From Ramazzottius varieornatus (taxonomy: Eukaryota > Animalia > Tardigrada): DNA of 64,000 nucleotides. Under the pieces are notes generated by a model that saw only the letters and a program-made list of their open reading frames with translations, was not told the origin of the DNA and ran no database searches. Shown one piece after another: positions 24,998-42,485 of this stretch. The translations under genes were made by a program, and so were the position numbers. Position 1 is the stretch's first letter. Each line of letters starts with the position of its first letter. Location of the stretch: the NCBI GenBank assembly GCA_001949185.1, contig BDGG01000002.1, forward strand, positions 6,066,448-6,130,447, read 5' to 3'.

Positions 24998-26527
24998 GTC
25001 CAGCTGACAAGCTTGTCCAGGGCAGCAAGATGGTCGATGATCTCTAATCACTGGTCAAGCAATGACTATCAAGTCGGCGGAAAAACGGAAACAATTACAG
25101 TCTCCAAGGAACAGCTGTTGAGGATGTGCGTCGGGGGAAATACTGCTTATCGTTGCTCGCATATGGCAGTGGTGGAAGACCGTCGATGAAAGCGTTTGTT
25201 GCGCGCTTCGCCTGCTGGAAACACACACAACCAAGTTTGTTTAGCGTGATACGTACAGTACCAGCTCGACCATAAAGCACCATAGGGTTTGCCGTGCTAT
25301 TGCAGCTGGGCAGCGACAAATTACCCTACAGCTTGCCACAAGTCATCTTCCGTCCACGTGGCGACAAAATAGAAACTGGTAACAAGAGGGAAAATCTCGA
25401 GGGATCGTCGTCGTTAGTACTGTTACAAAATCTTTCCTTGTTTTCTAACGTGTTCTCGATGAAGGCGGGTAACCCCACAGCACGTCCGGACCAGATAGTT
25501 TGCCGGAGAAAGTGTTTATTTCGTACGGTCTACCGTGCCCGAATAACACGTCGTGCTCAAACCTAGACGACTGTACGAGTGCGTACGTACAGAGATGGGC
25601 ACTTCCTTGTGTTCATGAATTTCAAGTTGCCGTGCGTCACCTGATAAAGTTGTGACGTAAAAGCGGCAAGAGGTTCTCTCACAAAAGCCACGAACCCCAG
25701 TACAATCTGCGGAATGGCTCCATGACTAACGTCAGCTTGATCAGCATCGAAAACTCATTCAGTGAATTTATTTCCCGTTAGAGTTTCCGGAACATTTTGA
25801 CCGTTTATTACTGAAAGCGATATTACCAAACATCAGGTTTTCATGTTCAAACCACGCACAGCATACGCAATTTGACCCTGGGGAAACACAGTAGGAAGTA
25901 AACCGAAGACACCGATCAATAAGGTTTAAATGATTTTGGAAGAAGGCGCGTGCCACCATGGCCAGCGGACGTTCCGTACGTGCGAAGAGCCGCCACCAGA
26001 ACTTTGGATGAGTTCGAATTCCTGATTAGTTCGGATTTCGGAACCACGTCGGTTTCATCCACATCTAGCAAGCTCATGCCTATTGCACTTTGAGGAGTCC
26101 GTCCGTTTAACAGACGTAGGATACTACGCATGGGAATTAAAAATTGATTTTCGCTTATCGAGTGCTTTCGTCATCACCCACGTCCGCACAGGCATTCAAG
26201 ACTCGATTGGGATACGGCTTCGAGAGGCGTGTATAAATGAATCACCTTTATCGTTCCACCTAGCAAGCCAGAAAACGTGATCAACATGCTCTAAACCGAA
26301 GCGACACGAAAACGTCGCGGAAACAGTAGAGGTCTATTAATTAACGATTAATTATCCAGACGTGAAAACAGATCATGGATTCAGACCAATTCAAAAATCC
26401 ACCGACGAGCGATCGACATACAAAAGTAATAAAGGTTCCAATTTTGAAACAAAAAACTGCACGCTGCCCAACAGCCTAAAACTACGGGTTTGAACTGAAT
26501 ATTAAAAGTTAAAAATTTCCGCTAACC

Positions 26528-29105
26528 TTAGGAGGTTCGAAGATGGTTTGTCACCGAACCAAAGAAGCTCCGAAGCTTCGCTCCGATTTTCTGAAAAAAA
26601 ACCACATTCAGTTCGGTTCCGGCATTAAAAAAGAGATTTGTTCTACTTACCTCTGTTGGTGTCATGGTCTCCCCGCAGTTTGCTTCTTCCACAGCCTTCG
26701 AGTGAGCATCAAGAAACTTCTGGTACCTTAGCTTACAGGCAGCCTCGACAGCTTTGCACAGAGGTCCTCCAGAAGGATCGCAAGCAAAACAGTGGGCCAG
26801 AAAAGTATCTTCCGGCGTGTGCACAACAAACCCACAGGTTCTGAAACAGGAACCATAACATGTCTTTCAACAATAAGCAACAAATACTAAAACTCAACAC
26901 TGGTCTTTACCTGACGTCATTCTGACCAATTCCCAGAAACGTCAAGTACCTAACCCGGCACTCAGCTATGGTTTCCGGTTCGTCCTACAAGAAAAACGGC
27001 ACGCGTACGGTTAGCTCGAATCACCCACAGGACTCCGAGGAGACTAAAGTGGTGCTGCATTAGGGTAGACTTACTTCCTGCGTCATAAGAGTAATGGTGG
27101 AGGGAGATACTGCAACCGAAATGGGAAGCCACTCATCTTCAGGACATTCGGCTAGGAGTTGATCGATGACTTGGTGTAATATCTCAATCCCGATTCCTAT
27201 CTTGACTGGTCGACGGCCGATGTACATAACCTATATAACGAAGGCTGATTCTTCGGACTCTTAGCTACGAGTAATGCAACATTGAATGTCCTTACGTTGA
27301 ATATTTTCTTGGGCTCTTCGGTAGGAGTTGGGAAAACATTCCCGCTGGACAGCAGAGTACTCTGACGCTGTAGTCCCAACGGTAATGTATGCGGACGCTT
27401 CGACGCCGTCCCCGTTTTGCTTCGTCCGGATCTATGGGCATGTTTAGCGATGTAGTCTTGGCACAGCTCCTTCAGCGCTTGAGCAATACGTCTGGCTGGC
27501 AAATCACACCGCAGCACATGACATTTGTAAGTGTCGGACATCGCATCGTGGGTCACGAAGGCAAAGTCCCTAGTGTAAAAAACTCTGATAATAACCCTCC
27601 AGTTTTCGAGTTAATGTCATGTGGAAGCAAGAATTATTTCGACGCACAAGAAGGACAGTGTGCCGGCCCATAGCATCACACGGATAACACTACAACCACC
27701 CACATCTACAGGAAAGAGGACAAACACCATCACCGCACTATAGTTCTGATTTACCTCTGTCTGGAAAAGAAGCCCCGCGGAACAATAAAAAGCAGGCATT
27801 GGGAAGAAGCACGGAATATTTAGCAACAGTTTTGGATAAGGGTGGTGTATGTATCAAGAACATGGGATAGATAGAACATACCTTGAGTCATCCCGTCCTA
27901 CTCCCCAGACGCGAATTGTCTCCAGCGGTACGGACAGGATGGGCTGGTTTCGCGCACTGTCCCCGTCCATATCATCCACCAGACAAATCTTTTCAGCATA
28001 CATCTCCAGACACAGGTCCTTTCCCTGTAACAGAAACGCGACCTATTTCGTGTTGGACGTCATCAGGTAACTTCAAGAGTACAGCTGGCAGCACTTACGT
28101 CTCCCCAACGACCGACGCCGTCGAGGGTGTCGTTCTTTCCGACTGACAGGTCCAGGATACAGCGGTTCACAGCACGGCTGCTCTTTTCTGGTGTCAGGTT
28201 TTCCTTCTCAATCTCTTTCCATCCCAAAGATCGCACCACGAACTTCTTGGCCTACAAAAGCACGACGTAGAGTAGAACAGAAGATATATAGAAAACCCTA
28301 CCATGATAATGCGCTGTGAATCACAGTACAATTCACTACTTACTCCTTCCGCTCCATCTGAGGACACAACTGAGAACGAGCCCTCGTTTTCGCTGATGGA
28401 TCGCTCTGCTCTCGAAGCCTGACTTACCTGCAACAAAAGCATAACTATGTTAACGATACAAAGAAAGCTGAAGAATTACATCGGGTACCATACCTCGCTA
28501 TCACAATCGGGGACTTCAGGTGGTTCGCGCTGGATGGTTCCACTTTTGATATGCCAGTAATATGGACCAACTTCGTCTGTACAAGCAAAGCGTCATCATA
28601 ACACAGAATTGCACAGTTAAGGGTACCTTTACACAGCGGAATTCAAGTTTGCAGCTAACGTACCTTCATGCTTTTCCCACCCTAGAGGAAGACTTTCATC
28701 CCGATTACTGGAAAAGCTCGGCGACCCAAGGCTCAGGTCCGGTTCTAGGCCTCTTTTGAATCCCATGTCATCAATACTGATATCTGGGTAAGCATGTCTA
28801 GAGCGTCGGCGTTGGAGGTTGTCCGACTTGACATAGAATTCATCAAGTGCTTTGAAAATGCTTTCACTCTGCTCCTCTTCATCGTCTTGCGAATCAAACC
28901 CTTCGCCGGCGTCAATGTCCTTCGTCTGAAATGTTGGTGACGGTGAGAACAATGAAAGCTCTTTGTAGTGAGTATCGAGAAGCTGTTGATATTCATGCTC
29001 GTTCTCGTTGTCCAAGTGATCCCCGTGGTGATCGAACTGTCCATCGTAATCGGGATTGGCAAAGCTCATGATGTCGTCTGGAAGACAAGCAGGAACGTGC
29101 GCCAT
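26528..29105 (-). CDS. APBB: Fe65/APBB family adaptor (WW-PTB-PTB)
   Basis: WW: LPLGWEKHE|DEVGPYYWHIKSGTIQREPP. PTB1: FVVRSLGW...SSRAVNRCI...IRVWGVGRDDSRDFAFV...KCHVLRCD. PTB2: IAECRVRYLTFLGIG...HCFACDPSGGPLCKAVEAACKLRYQK. Joined by GT-AG introns. Confidence 0.93.
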
Positions 29106-30478
29106 GTTCGAAATGCTAGAAGGATGTTAGTACATGCAAGGGCAACCATTACTGTAAGACACAAACACCACTGTCACAGCACGGTCTGAGGAAACACGGG
29201 GTAATTAAGGTATGTAGGGATGCGGGTCGTACCTTCTTCATAATCTTGACCAGTATACTCATGCGCTTCCAGTCCTTTCTTACTCGGAGTCTCCATCGTA
29301 AGGACGCTCGGGGAACAATAATCCGTACGTCCGTAGACGAGATTTACACCGCATACAGAAATGAAAGATCACTTTCTGGCTACGAGAAGACGAAGTCGAT
29401 GGATCATGGATTTAATCGTCCATGTGTGATGGATCATCACTTCATCATCTACAAGGTCTCGCGAAATAAACATCAGGAAGGTCATTCGGCCTCATTCCCC
29501 TTGCGGGTGCGTGATACCCTCACACCCCTGCGGTCGTGTCGCTGCTTGCACCGATATAATATGAATTTCAATTTTCAACCTGCGCCTGTGGCAGCGAAAG
29601 TTAGCGTAATTCCTGGCTCGATATCCTGCTCGTCCTCCAACGGTCACTTTCGTAAACTATCTGAGAGACCTGTTCATGAGAGTGGCATACTTTGGTCTGG
29701 TTGGATTGTGTTTCTTTTTGATAATTTTGTTGCTGATTTCAGAGATACTGGAAGTCCGTTCTATCGATAGAGTTGCCGAGCAGATAATTGTGCATAAGGA
29801 TGTGCGAGCGAACCCATAGTAGCGAAAGAGCCCGTGTATCGAACAACAGTGCTTCACATCGCCAGATACCGTTTCTCGCATAGGCTTCTTAATACCTATC
29901 GACGTCGGGGATATCGAGAATTAGAGAGTAGCCAGAAAGTAAGTGAGGAGTACGAGGCTTCGAGCCCAGTCAGGATGCAAAGACTGCCTACAAACCTACC
30001 CCGCCGAATTCGCGCATTTCCGGTACGAGGTAAAGGTTGTAAACTTAGCCACCCTATACCGGGTTTGAAGTTAGCCACACCTGTAGCGTCTATCGCTTGA
30101 TTGACTATTTGATTGTGAGTCTTGGCTTTCTAACATGAGATTTCAACGTTCTTTTAATTGCGGATCTCTTGGATTCTCTGACCCCTCGTGTTGACCTAAT
30201 ACCTAATACCAATCGACAGCTCATTATTTTATCTATCGATCTATCCTTAAAAGTTTGGGATTGCGTAGTAGAGAACAGGCAAACTTAGACGGCTAACTTT
30301 ACAACCTGTCCCTCGTACCGTTTCCAGAATCAGCGGAAATTTTAACTTTCATCTCACTCACGCTCAGTTTGAGTTTATCAAGCTGAAATAAGTTTTATAT
30401 CAACTGTTTTCAACATACGCCGAATTTTGAGGCCAGTCGCGAGAAAGACTATTTTTTCTGCAGACTGTTTGATTGAAC

Positions 30479-33293
30479 ATGGATGACGACGAGGAACAGG
30501 AAGATGTGCCACCGCCTCCCATTATCTTTATCAATCGAGTAGACACGTATTTTGGGACCATCCTTGCGCAGCATCTGTCACAGTGCAAACCTTACGCGAC
30601 AGCAAACGATGAATCCCCCATCAAGCTCAAAGACTTTGGATTCCTTTCCGCACAACCTCACGCAGACAACTTCCAAGTTATTGGATCGTATCGAACTCCT
30701 GTGGTTAAGCAAGATCCCTTGATCCCTCCAAGTGCGCTTCAACTACCAAAAGTTTCGGGTGTCACGAAGCTTCTGTCGATTGAGGCGTTGAACCTCGACG
30801 ACATCAAGGAAGCCGATTTACTTATCTTCCATACGTGTGATGACGACGGGGAGATCCAGCTCTTCGCAGACACCAAGAAGGTGTTCGTTCTAGCAAAGAA
30901 ATTGCTTGAAGCAGACAAACGAAAGCGACGGCTTATCTTGGTGTCGAACTTGATGACCTGGTGTAATACGAAACGTAATAAACCACCGGCCACAGACAAG
31001 AGAGATGACGCAATGGAGGAAGAAGAGGAGGAACCGGAAGTCTTCACGGAAGAGGAATTCCGCAAACGAAGACCCCATCCTGATTACAAGGCGCATTTTG
31101 AGTTCGAAAAGGCCTTCCTGAAATTAGAGAAAGAAATGAAGAAGATCGTAAAGACGACTGTAATAGCAGCAGGAGTTCTTTTTGGGTGTGGCGAAGGAAT
31201 GTTGCATTCGTTGTTCAAGGACGCATGGCATAATGCTTCGTCATTACCAATATACGGAGAACTTAAAGGAAGGAATCAAGTACCCACGACACACGTTCGG
31301 GACCTCGCACAGGTCGTGCAAAATGCCTGTGACACGAGACCGGAAGTTCGATACATTCTTGCAGTAACAGGGTCGCAAACTCAACAAGAGCTGGCAGAAT
31401 GTATAAGCAAAAGTTTGACAAGCGGGAAGACCGAACAGGTTCCTCCAGGAAACACGACCGAGCATACCGATAATCAAACAGCCATCAAGATTCTCAGTTC
31501 TGATTTTCCGCATCTGGCCGGAAAGTACATAACGCAATCCATGAAAATTAAGTGGACAGCCGAAGAAGGTTTCGCGAAGGCTGTCGATAAAGTGATGAAT
31601 GAGTACAAAACCCTTCGGAACTTACTACCGATCAAGGTCGATATAGTCGGTCCGCCCTTTAGCGGCAAGGCAACATTGGCTAAGAAAATAGCTGAATTCT
31701 ACAAACTTCACCACATCGTGGTGGATGATGTGGTCTCCAAAGCATTAGAAGACTTGACATTGAAAGCAAATCCAACTCCGAAAGTGCAGACTGTGCCTCC
31801 GACAAAGCAGCCGCCGAACGAGGAAGGAGCAGAAGCAGCAGCTGTTGAGCTTATGCCACCAGAAGTGCCCGAAAGCCAGCCTGCCGAGATCAATGAAGAA
31901 GAGGAAGAAGCTGTAAAAAGCGCTAAGCAGCTACTGGCCGATATCGATACGGAAAAGGCGGTGAACAATGGAGTACTGCCGGTCCGGTTCGTCATCCGGT
32001 TCCTTCGTGAGAAGCTGTTGAGCAAACCCTGTCAGAACCAAGGTTGGGTCTTGGATGGGTTTCCGAACAGTTATGCGAGCGCCAAGGAGGTGTTTAGTAT
32101 GCCAGGAGAGGGAGAAGAGGCACACGAAGAAGACAATGAAGAGCCTGAAGAAGAGGAACAGAAGGAGGGCTCGGAAACCGAGGAAGTCATACCTGTTGAT
32201 AAACGAATATTCCCGGGTAGGAAAATTCCCACCCTCTACTGTCCCGCAGTGACGTCAGAGCGTTTATTTCAGACTACATATTTTACCTGGACACCAATAA
32301 AGACCTCCTGAAAAGGGTATGTACACAGCAGCTCTTGCTATCTGCATTAAGTTTTCTGATTGCTGTATTTGGAAGGTAGAATATAGTATCTGTTGACTAT
32401 TGGTGTATTGTTAGAAGTGGATGGATCGTCTGGAGGGTCCCGGTAAGGCGACCACGACCGAAGAAGAATTTAACGCAGCGTTTGCAAAGTACACCGCGGA
32501 TAACCCCGAAGAACAAAACGTTCTCTCATTCTTCGACGAAGCGGAGAACCATGCTCAGTGGGTCGACATGTCCAAGGATAAGTCCCCCGAAATGTTCGAA
32601 TCGACGATGACGCTCATCAGCAAGATCGGCCATCCCCATAACTACGAACTCACAGCAGAAGAGAAAGCAGACAGGGTGCTGGAGAAAGAGGCGGCATTTC
32701 TGCAGCAACCTCTCGAGAAAGACAACAATGAAACTTACGTCAACCAACAGCCATCAGCTCAGAATGTTGAACCAAGTGAATGGAACTCGAAACTGGAAGT
32801 CTTGCGGATAGAAGAATATGCGAGACGAGAACTCAAGGCCATGTCCCCACTGGCTTACCTTGTCAAGTACGTATTTCCCTCAGTCCAGGAAGCTCTACAG
32901 CAAACAGCCCGAGTGAAGCCGAACAACCCAGTGGATTACTTCGCGGAGCTCTTGATCAGCTCAACGCAGCCGCGAAACATCTCGGAGACGTCAGCCAGCA
33001 GGAGAAAACTGTTCGAGCGTAAAGAAGAAGGGTTTGGCGACGCGGAAGTGGCGCCCCCGGAAGACCCGAATAATACAACTGCCAACGATAAAACGCCAGT
33101 CGAAGGGAATAGTCAAGAACGTGCCAATATAAGGCCGGAACCTGAAGAAGACACTTTCTTCGTTGGTGGAACTGCCCACATGCTTCCGCGTCGCTCGACG
33201 ATCATTGAGCAGCTTGAACCTCGGCCATCAGAAGCAGGGCTCACTTCTGGAAGAGCGCACAGATGGTCTGACTTTGATTTGCAGCCGCAGTAA
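30479..33293 (+). CDS. AK7: Adenylate kinase 7-like (Rossmann-like N-terminus, AK core, Dpy-30 motif)
   Basis: IFINRVDTYFG, FTEEEFRKRRPHPDY, P-loop GPPFSGKAT, PCQNQGWVLDGFP and Dpy-30-like YLVKYVFPSVQEAL...KPNNPVDYFAELL. Three exons: 30479-32216, ~32272-32317, ~32415-33293. Confidence 0.92.
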
Positions 33294-33412
33294 ACCGCTC
33301 AATACTGTGTACTGGAAGCCATCTGTAAAATCTCAACAAACATACAGTACTGTACCGCAAACTCAGTCAACTGAAAGCAAAAGTGTACAGGAATTCTCAA
33401 ACAATACACTGT

Positions 33413-36707
<3,295 letters not shown>

Positions 36708-37692
36708 GCTGGTCGATTCTCCTCAATGGTTAAGTCCAGGCAACTGGAGTGGAGAATCTGGAGATAACGGGAACCTGGGGATGACTGGAGATGTTGATGT
36801 ATTGTCGGAACGAGCAGGACGCTTTCGACTGCTCCGATTCCTCCGGAGTCCGGACTGCTAGTCCAACTCACTGGACTGGTTGGTAGATTACCGGACCTCA
36901 CCAACAGAAGTGTTTGACCACGTCCTGGATCTTCTGCACAGATAACCTCCGTCGAGACTCGAGAATCCCAAAACGAAAACATCATTGTCAACACTCAGCA
37001 GAGAATCGGAGTCGCAAAATCTTCATTGAAATTAACGCCAATCAATGCTGTCACAATCAACCGTTCGCGTCTACGGATCACCTCTGTACATATTACGGCC
37101 AAAGTATAACATGTTATGTCATCTATATGCAGAAAATCCCATTGTTTTTGCAACTTCCGATAAATTTTATAGCCACTTTTAATAGTTCAGAACGCCGCCG
37201 TGCCCGCCGCGATTGCATGTACATGGTCCGTATCATACGAGTGCTGTACGACGGCGTACGTTTCTCTGCCAGCAAGCACAGCGCACAGACAACGTTGCCA
37301 ACAATTTAGGCAAGTTGCACTGAGAGGAGATGCCGGAAGAACTTGCCAGACTGCTGTGTTAGTCAGCAGTTTGTGGCAGTATGGGGAGCTTTTTCGGGCA
37401 CTAGTCCAAAGACTGAGAGCATGTATCAGTCAGAGCGATCAAACGATCGCATACGGGCCCTTGTGCGTCACCCTACACAGGCGTCGGGCGTGCTGATACG
37501 TCATGTTCTGAACAGCCAGTCAAAAAGTCAGTCTAATAAAACCGGCTATACCGATAATATTATACAGTACGTACGTAAGACTAATAGTCGGAAGTCGAGA
37601 GATTCCACTGCGCACAGAGCTTTATCGCCTTCTGTCTTCTGACAACAAGTTCGGACAACGATGGGGAATGCCCACCTAAGAACTGTATTAGA

Positions 37693-40600
37693 ATGGACGA
37701 ATCGTCCGAGACAGCACCCTTGTTGATCCCGCGATCACGACGGAATTCCAATGCAAGAGTCAGCTGGAATCAAAGTCCTTATATCGGGGTAAGAAGCTCA
37801 CTGCGGTTATGTCCAGCAGTCCAAGTAAGCTTACTTTTCCGTTGCAGGGGCAGCTGGAGATCTTGGAACGACGAGGAAGCGTAAGCGATAATTATGAAGT
37901 GAATAACTTGGGCAGACGAGACAGCAGCATTAATGGACCACACTTTGGACTCGACTTTGAAAGCGAGAATATTCCACTGTCCAGTGACAGGCGCGGGAGT
38001 ACCCAGTACAACGCAATCAATAGCTCCTCCAGGCCTAGGAGTCCGCTTGCAACCACCATCATAAATGCGCCGTTACGGGAAGCACGCTCCACGAGAGTAT
38101 TGTCGGACCGTTTCGAGGTACCATTGCTTATGTCGCATATATGTCAACTTGGGTATAGTTTGGATTTACATAGTGTTCTTGCAGAGTCTTGATTACGATC
38201 TGGTTGAAAACACACTACTGCTGAAGGAAGAAGCTCAGCAAACGTTTGTGCGAGTGAATCGCATACAGACACAAAAGTGGTTTGTGATGTTCCTTATCGG
38301 CGCCGTCGTTGCCCTCATAGCGGATATGGTCGTTATTGTTGTGGATGAAATATCAGAGTTTAAGTACGGCCGTCTTCGCGATTTGTTTGACCGATGTTCG
38401 ACCACAGTACGTTAGCGTTTGATTTTCTGTCGAACTAGAATGACGAATACCTAATAAATTCTTAAGTGCTTTTCCTATTTCAGTCGGGGGACTGTTTGGT
38501 ACAGCCTTTGGGACTATGGATCCTGATGAACATACTTCCGGTCCTGATAGGCAGTGTCATTGTGGTGTACATGAGCCCAGCTGCGAGCGGTAGTGGAGTT
38601 GCTCAGGTGAAATGCTTCCTGAACGGCGTAAAGATTCCACAGTTCCTTCGGGTTCAGGTGCGTTTGTTTCAAACTTACAGTCAGTTTGGATTAACATCCG
38701 GCGGCGAACTTGTTTTTTTTTATGAGAGCGTATTCTGACTGAGGTGCTCTTTGATAGACTTTGATCGCGAAGATTGTCGGAATGGTTGGATCGCTGACTG
38801 GTGGACTTGCGGTTGGTAAGGAGGGTCCCATGATCCACATTGGAGCTATTGTCGGAGCGGGAATCTCTCAAGGCCGTTTGGGACCATTCGACTTTCATGT
38901 ATTTGAAAATTTCCGAAGGTAAGGAAGGGGTAAGCGTTTGGAGTTTGGACAATGGTCGGTTTTCGCATACAATGGGCCATCAACTTTAATGTGCTGTTCA
39001 CGGTCGCTCATCCATGGTCATTGAGTTTTGGATCACAGTGACGCGGAGAAGCGCGACTTCGTATCAGCGGGCGTGGCAGCTGGGATAGCAGCAGCTTTTG
39101 GAGGTAGTTATAACGAAAGCATCTTCCGTTGTACAAAAGACTATTGTGAGCAATTATTGTACTATTGTGCAACTATTGTACTATTGTAAGCAACTATTGT
39201 ACTATTGTGAGCAAACGTAGACGGAAACTAACGAACCTTACGATTATTTTGTCGGTTATATCCAATCTCAGTCTTGGCGGATGAAGTCAGGCTGATCGGC
39301 TTTTGTTCTTTCTTTTAGCACCTGTCGGAGGAGTTCTTCTGATTCTCGAGGAAGGAGCCAGCTTCTGGAACCAGTCACTTACATGGAAAGTGGTGAGTAT
39401 TTGCTTGCGGTGCGGCCTGTTTTGGTTGATCGCGTAGAGGCTTACTTGCAGTTCCATTTTCTAAGTTCCATTTTTGATTCCTTGCAGTTCTTTTGCTCTT
39501 TGGTGTCTGTTTTCACTTACAACAGTATCATCGGCGTCTACCTGGATCGACCTGGAGACTTGTCCAATTCCGGCTTAGTTAATCTGGGAGTTATGGACAA
39601 TATGAGTTACCTGGTTTACGAGATACCAATATTCCTGCTCATGGCTACATTCGGAGGTCTACTTGGAGCAATCTTTGTTAGCCTGAATGTCTGGTTGACA
39701 GCATTTCGCCATAAGTAAGTCAGAACCTCCCGCTTCCGGATGTGGCGTTCGTTTCTTCATCCGTGTTATCTTTTCAGACACATTACGAGTAGAGTGGCTC
39801 GTGTACTGGAAGTAGTCCTGATAGCCGCGGTTTCGGCGACCGTCGGATTTCTGCTGATCTATTTCATCGACGATTGCCAAATGATGCGAGACGTCACTCC
39901 GCAGCGTACAGTACAGGTAAAGCGCAGATCTGTTTGGTACTGGGGGGGGGGGGATTTTATATCAGCGTCGCAGCGATCCCTTTCTTGACCAATGAATCAG
40001 CTGCTCGGCATTCAGACCTCCCCCCACAAAATTTAACATCTTCAAACATACTCTTTGGAGTGAAGTTTAGGACATTAAAAAGTATATTGTTTGGACATGT
40101 TTCATAAAAAAATGCAATGTACCGCGTCACGTGTAGGTGCATTCCTGTGTCTCTACCGTAGATGCTATGCAGCGATGGAGAATACAGCACAATGGCCACT
40201 ATGCTATTCCAGACTTCGGAGAAGAGTGTTAGGAACCTTCTACATGACGCGCCAGGTACTGTATTCCCACTTCCTTGTTGTTTTACTGATTGCGGCTATC
40301 TCATGACTGATTTCTCACGGGGGTGTTCGACAGGAACTTACAAGCCGATAACGCTTGGTGCATTCGTCATCGCATACTTCTTCCTCGCGTGCTGGACATG
40401 CGGGTCTTGGATCCCCAGCGGGCAGTTCATTCCCGGGCTTCTCATCGGTGCCGGCTGGGGCCGGTTAGTCGGTATCGGAGTAATGCGCTTGATGCCTGGT
40501 GTGTCTATCGATCCCGGAAGATATGCCTTGATTGGCGCGGCAGCTCAGCTTGGAGGAATAGTGCGGATGACCATCAGTCTTACCGTTATCCTTATCGAGT

Positions 40601-41805
40601 CCACCGGCAACATCACATTTGGCTTACCCATCATGATCACTTTGATCGTCGCGCAATGGATAGGCAACTGGTTCAACTCGGGTATGTCGTTTATTCCCGT
40701 ATCCATTTTGTCTTGATACGCATACGTGAATGATCCTGGTTTGTGTATCTGAAGGTCTGTTCGATGTTCATATCAAGCTGTTAAGAGTTCCTCTGTTGGA
40801 CTGGGAACCTCCGCCACTGTCGTCGCATCTGACCGCCAAAGACGTGATGAGCTATCCTGTGTACACTCTAAAAACTACGGAGAGCGTAGGAGCTATAGTT
40901 GACTTGCTGCATAAAGTCACCCATAATGGGTTCGCAGTTGTGGACGAGGGCGAGCTCCGAAATCCGGTAGGTGCTAGCTAAAGGACCGAAGAACAGCCTT
41001 TTGTGGATGTGAATTCAACTATGTCAGTGTTAGACATATGTAGGAAATTCAATGTTGGGTTTTTTTCTTTACAGCTTTCGGATGAACCCGACACGTTCGG
41101 TCAGATGCGCGGTCTCATTTTGAGGTCGCAGCTCATCACATTGTTACAAGCCAAAGTGTTTGACCAACGACTGGATATCGCGGCTGTTCGGAAGCGATTG
41201 AACATTCAGACGTTTCGGGATGCCTATCCTCGGTTCCCATCAATTAAGGTGTGTGTTACGCTTAACCAGTTGTTGGTTCGCTTGTTTCTCAAAACTGTTC
41301 GAAGACCTGACAAGTTTCATTGTAGAGTCTAAATGTTACCGAAGAAGAAAGACGGTACACTATGAACCTGACGCCGTATATGAACCACTCTCCCTACATC
41401 TGCTACCTGGTAAGCCCTTTTGATGAGTATGGGTGTCCTCCGATCATTTTGCGGTATCAGAGTAATCACGAAGTCTATCGAGCTGATAATTGATTTGGAA
41501 TTCTTTTAGACCACATCGTTTCCTCGGATATTTAAGCTGTTTCGAGCACTTGGTCTGCGCCACCTTGTGGTTGTCAACAATCGGAACCAGGTGAGACTTC
41601 CCCACAGCGGACAACCCATCCTCAATATTGCGCTGATAGAAAAGAAAAACTTCATTCACTCGGACTTTTGTAGGTTGTGGGGATGGTCACCAGGAAGGAC
41701 TTGGCCAAGTTTAGGGTGGAGATGCATCGTGGGAAGATAAAAGTGGAGGAGCTGCACATATCTAATGAACTTCGAGCTACCACTCTAACCAAGGGTTTCC
41801 CTTGA
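37693..41805 (+). CDS. CLCN7: ClC-7-like Cl-/H+ exchanger (CLC-6/7 family) with two CBS domains
   Basis: N-terminal dileucine motif [90 protein letters not shown]. Confidence 0.92.
39140..39214 (+). repeat. Intronic minisatellite of ACTATTGT units
   Basis: Seven (A)CTATTGT-like units with short spacers (period ~21 nt) in a ClC-7 intron. Confidence 0.75.
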
Positions 41806-42485
41806 GAACTTGCCTGCCTTCTGTCTGTATTGTAATTTTATCCCTTTGAAATGTTTTACCTTTTTTCGTGATTTTTCTTGACTGTGATAAATTGCATGGT
41901 GGGTTCTCCATGCCTCTTTATAAGTCCAACTCCGTTTTTCTTCCGTGCGGTAAACGAGGTTCTCTCTGACCGAAGAATTCGACAAAACTGAAATTAGCCT
42001 GGTCTAAATGGGGATCCTTAAGTTAATGTCGGAAAAGATTCGATTGATCGACTGTACAGTATGTGGGCACAAACCGTCGAATGGAAAAGGGGAAACTACC
42101 TGCAATCACAGTGCAGAGAAAGCATCTCTTCCGGTAGTCATGTGACATCGGCCAGTGGGATACCACTGACCAATGTCATATAAAGACCACGTAACCACAG
42201 GAAGGGGTGGATTCTCTGCACTGTACTAAGATGAAGACTCCCTCAGGAAGCTGCGTTCCTTCCTCCGTTTTCTGTTGTCCGACAAATCGCAATTGTAACT
42301 TGTGCTCACGGCCAGTCCTCCTGATAGAAGCAGAGCTGGTTTCTCTCACTCTTTGATGGTAGAAAGGTAGTGATGATCAAGGGTCGCTGACAAAAGCCCG
42401 TCTGGTTTGCGCGATAACCCGAAAAAAAATAGCGGACCGGAAAATTGCACTTCTGACCAATAAACCCTCGTCCCGATCGAGGCAA

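Noticed and set aside
37200-37640. ORFs or ncRNA between Miro and ClC-7
   Set aside because: No AUG-led credible product or recognisable RNA motif; more simply a bidirectional promoter region.
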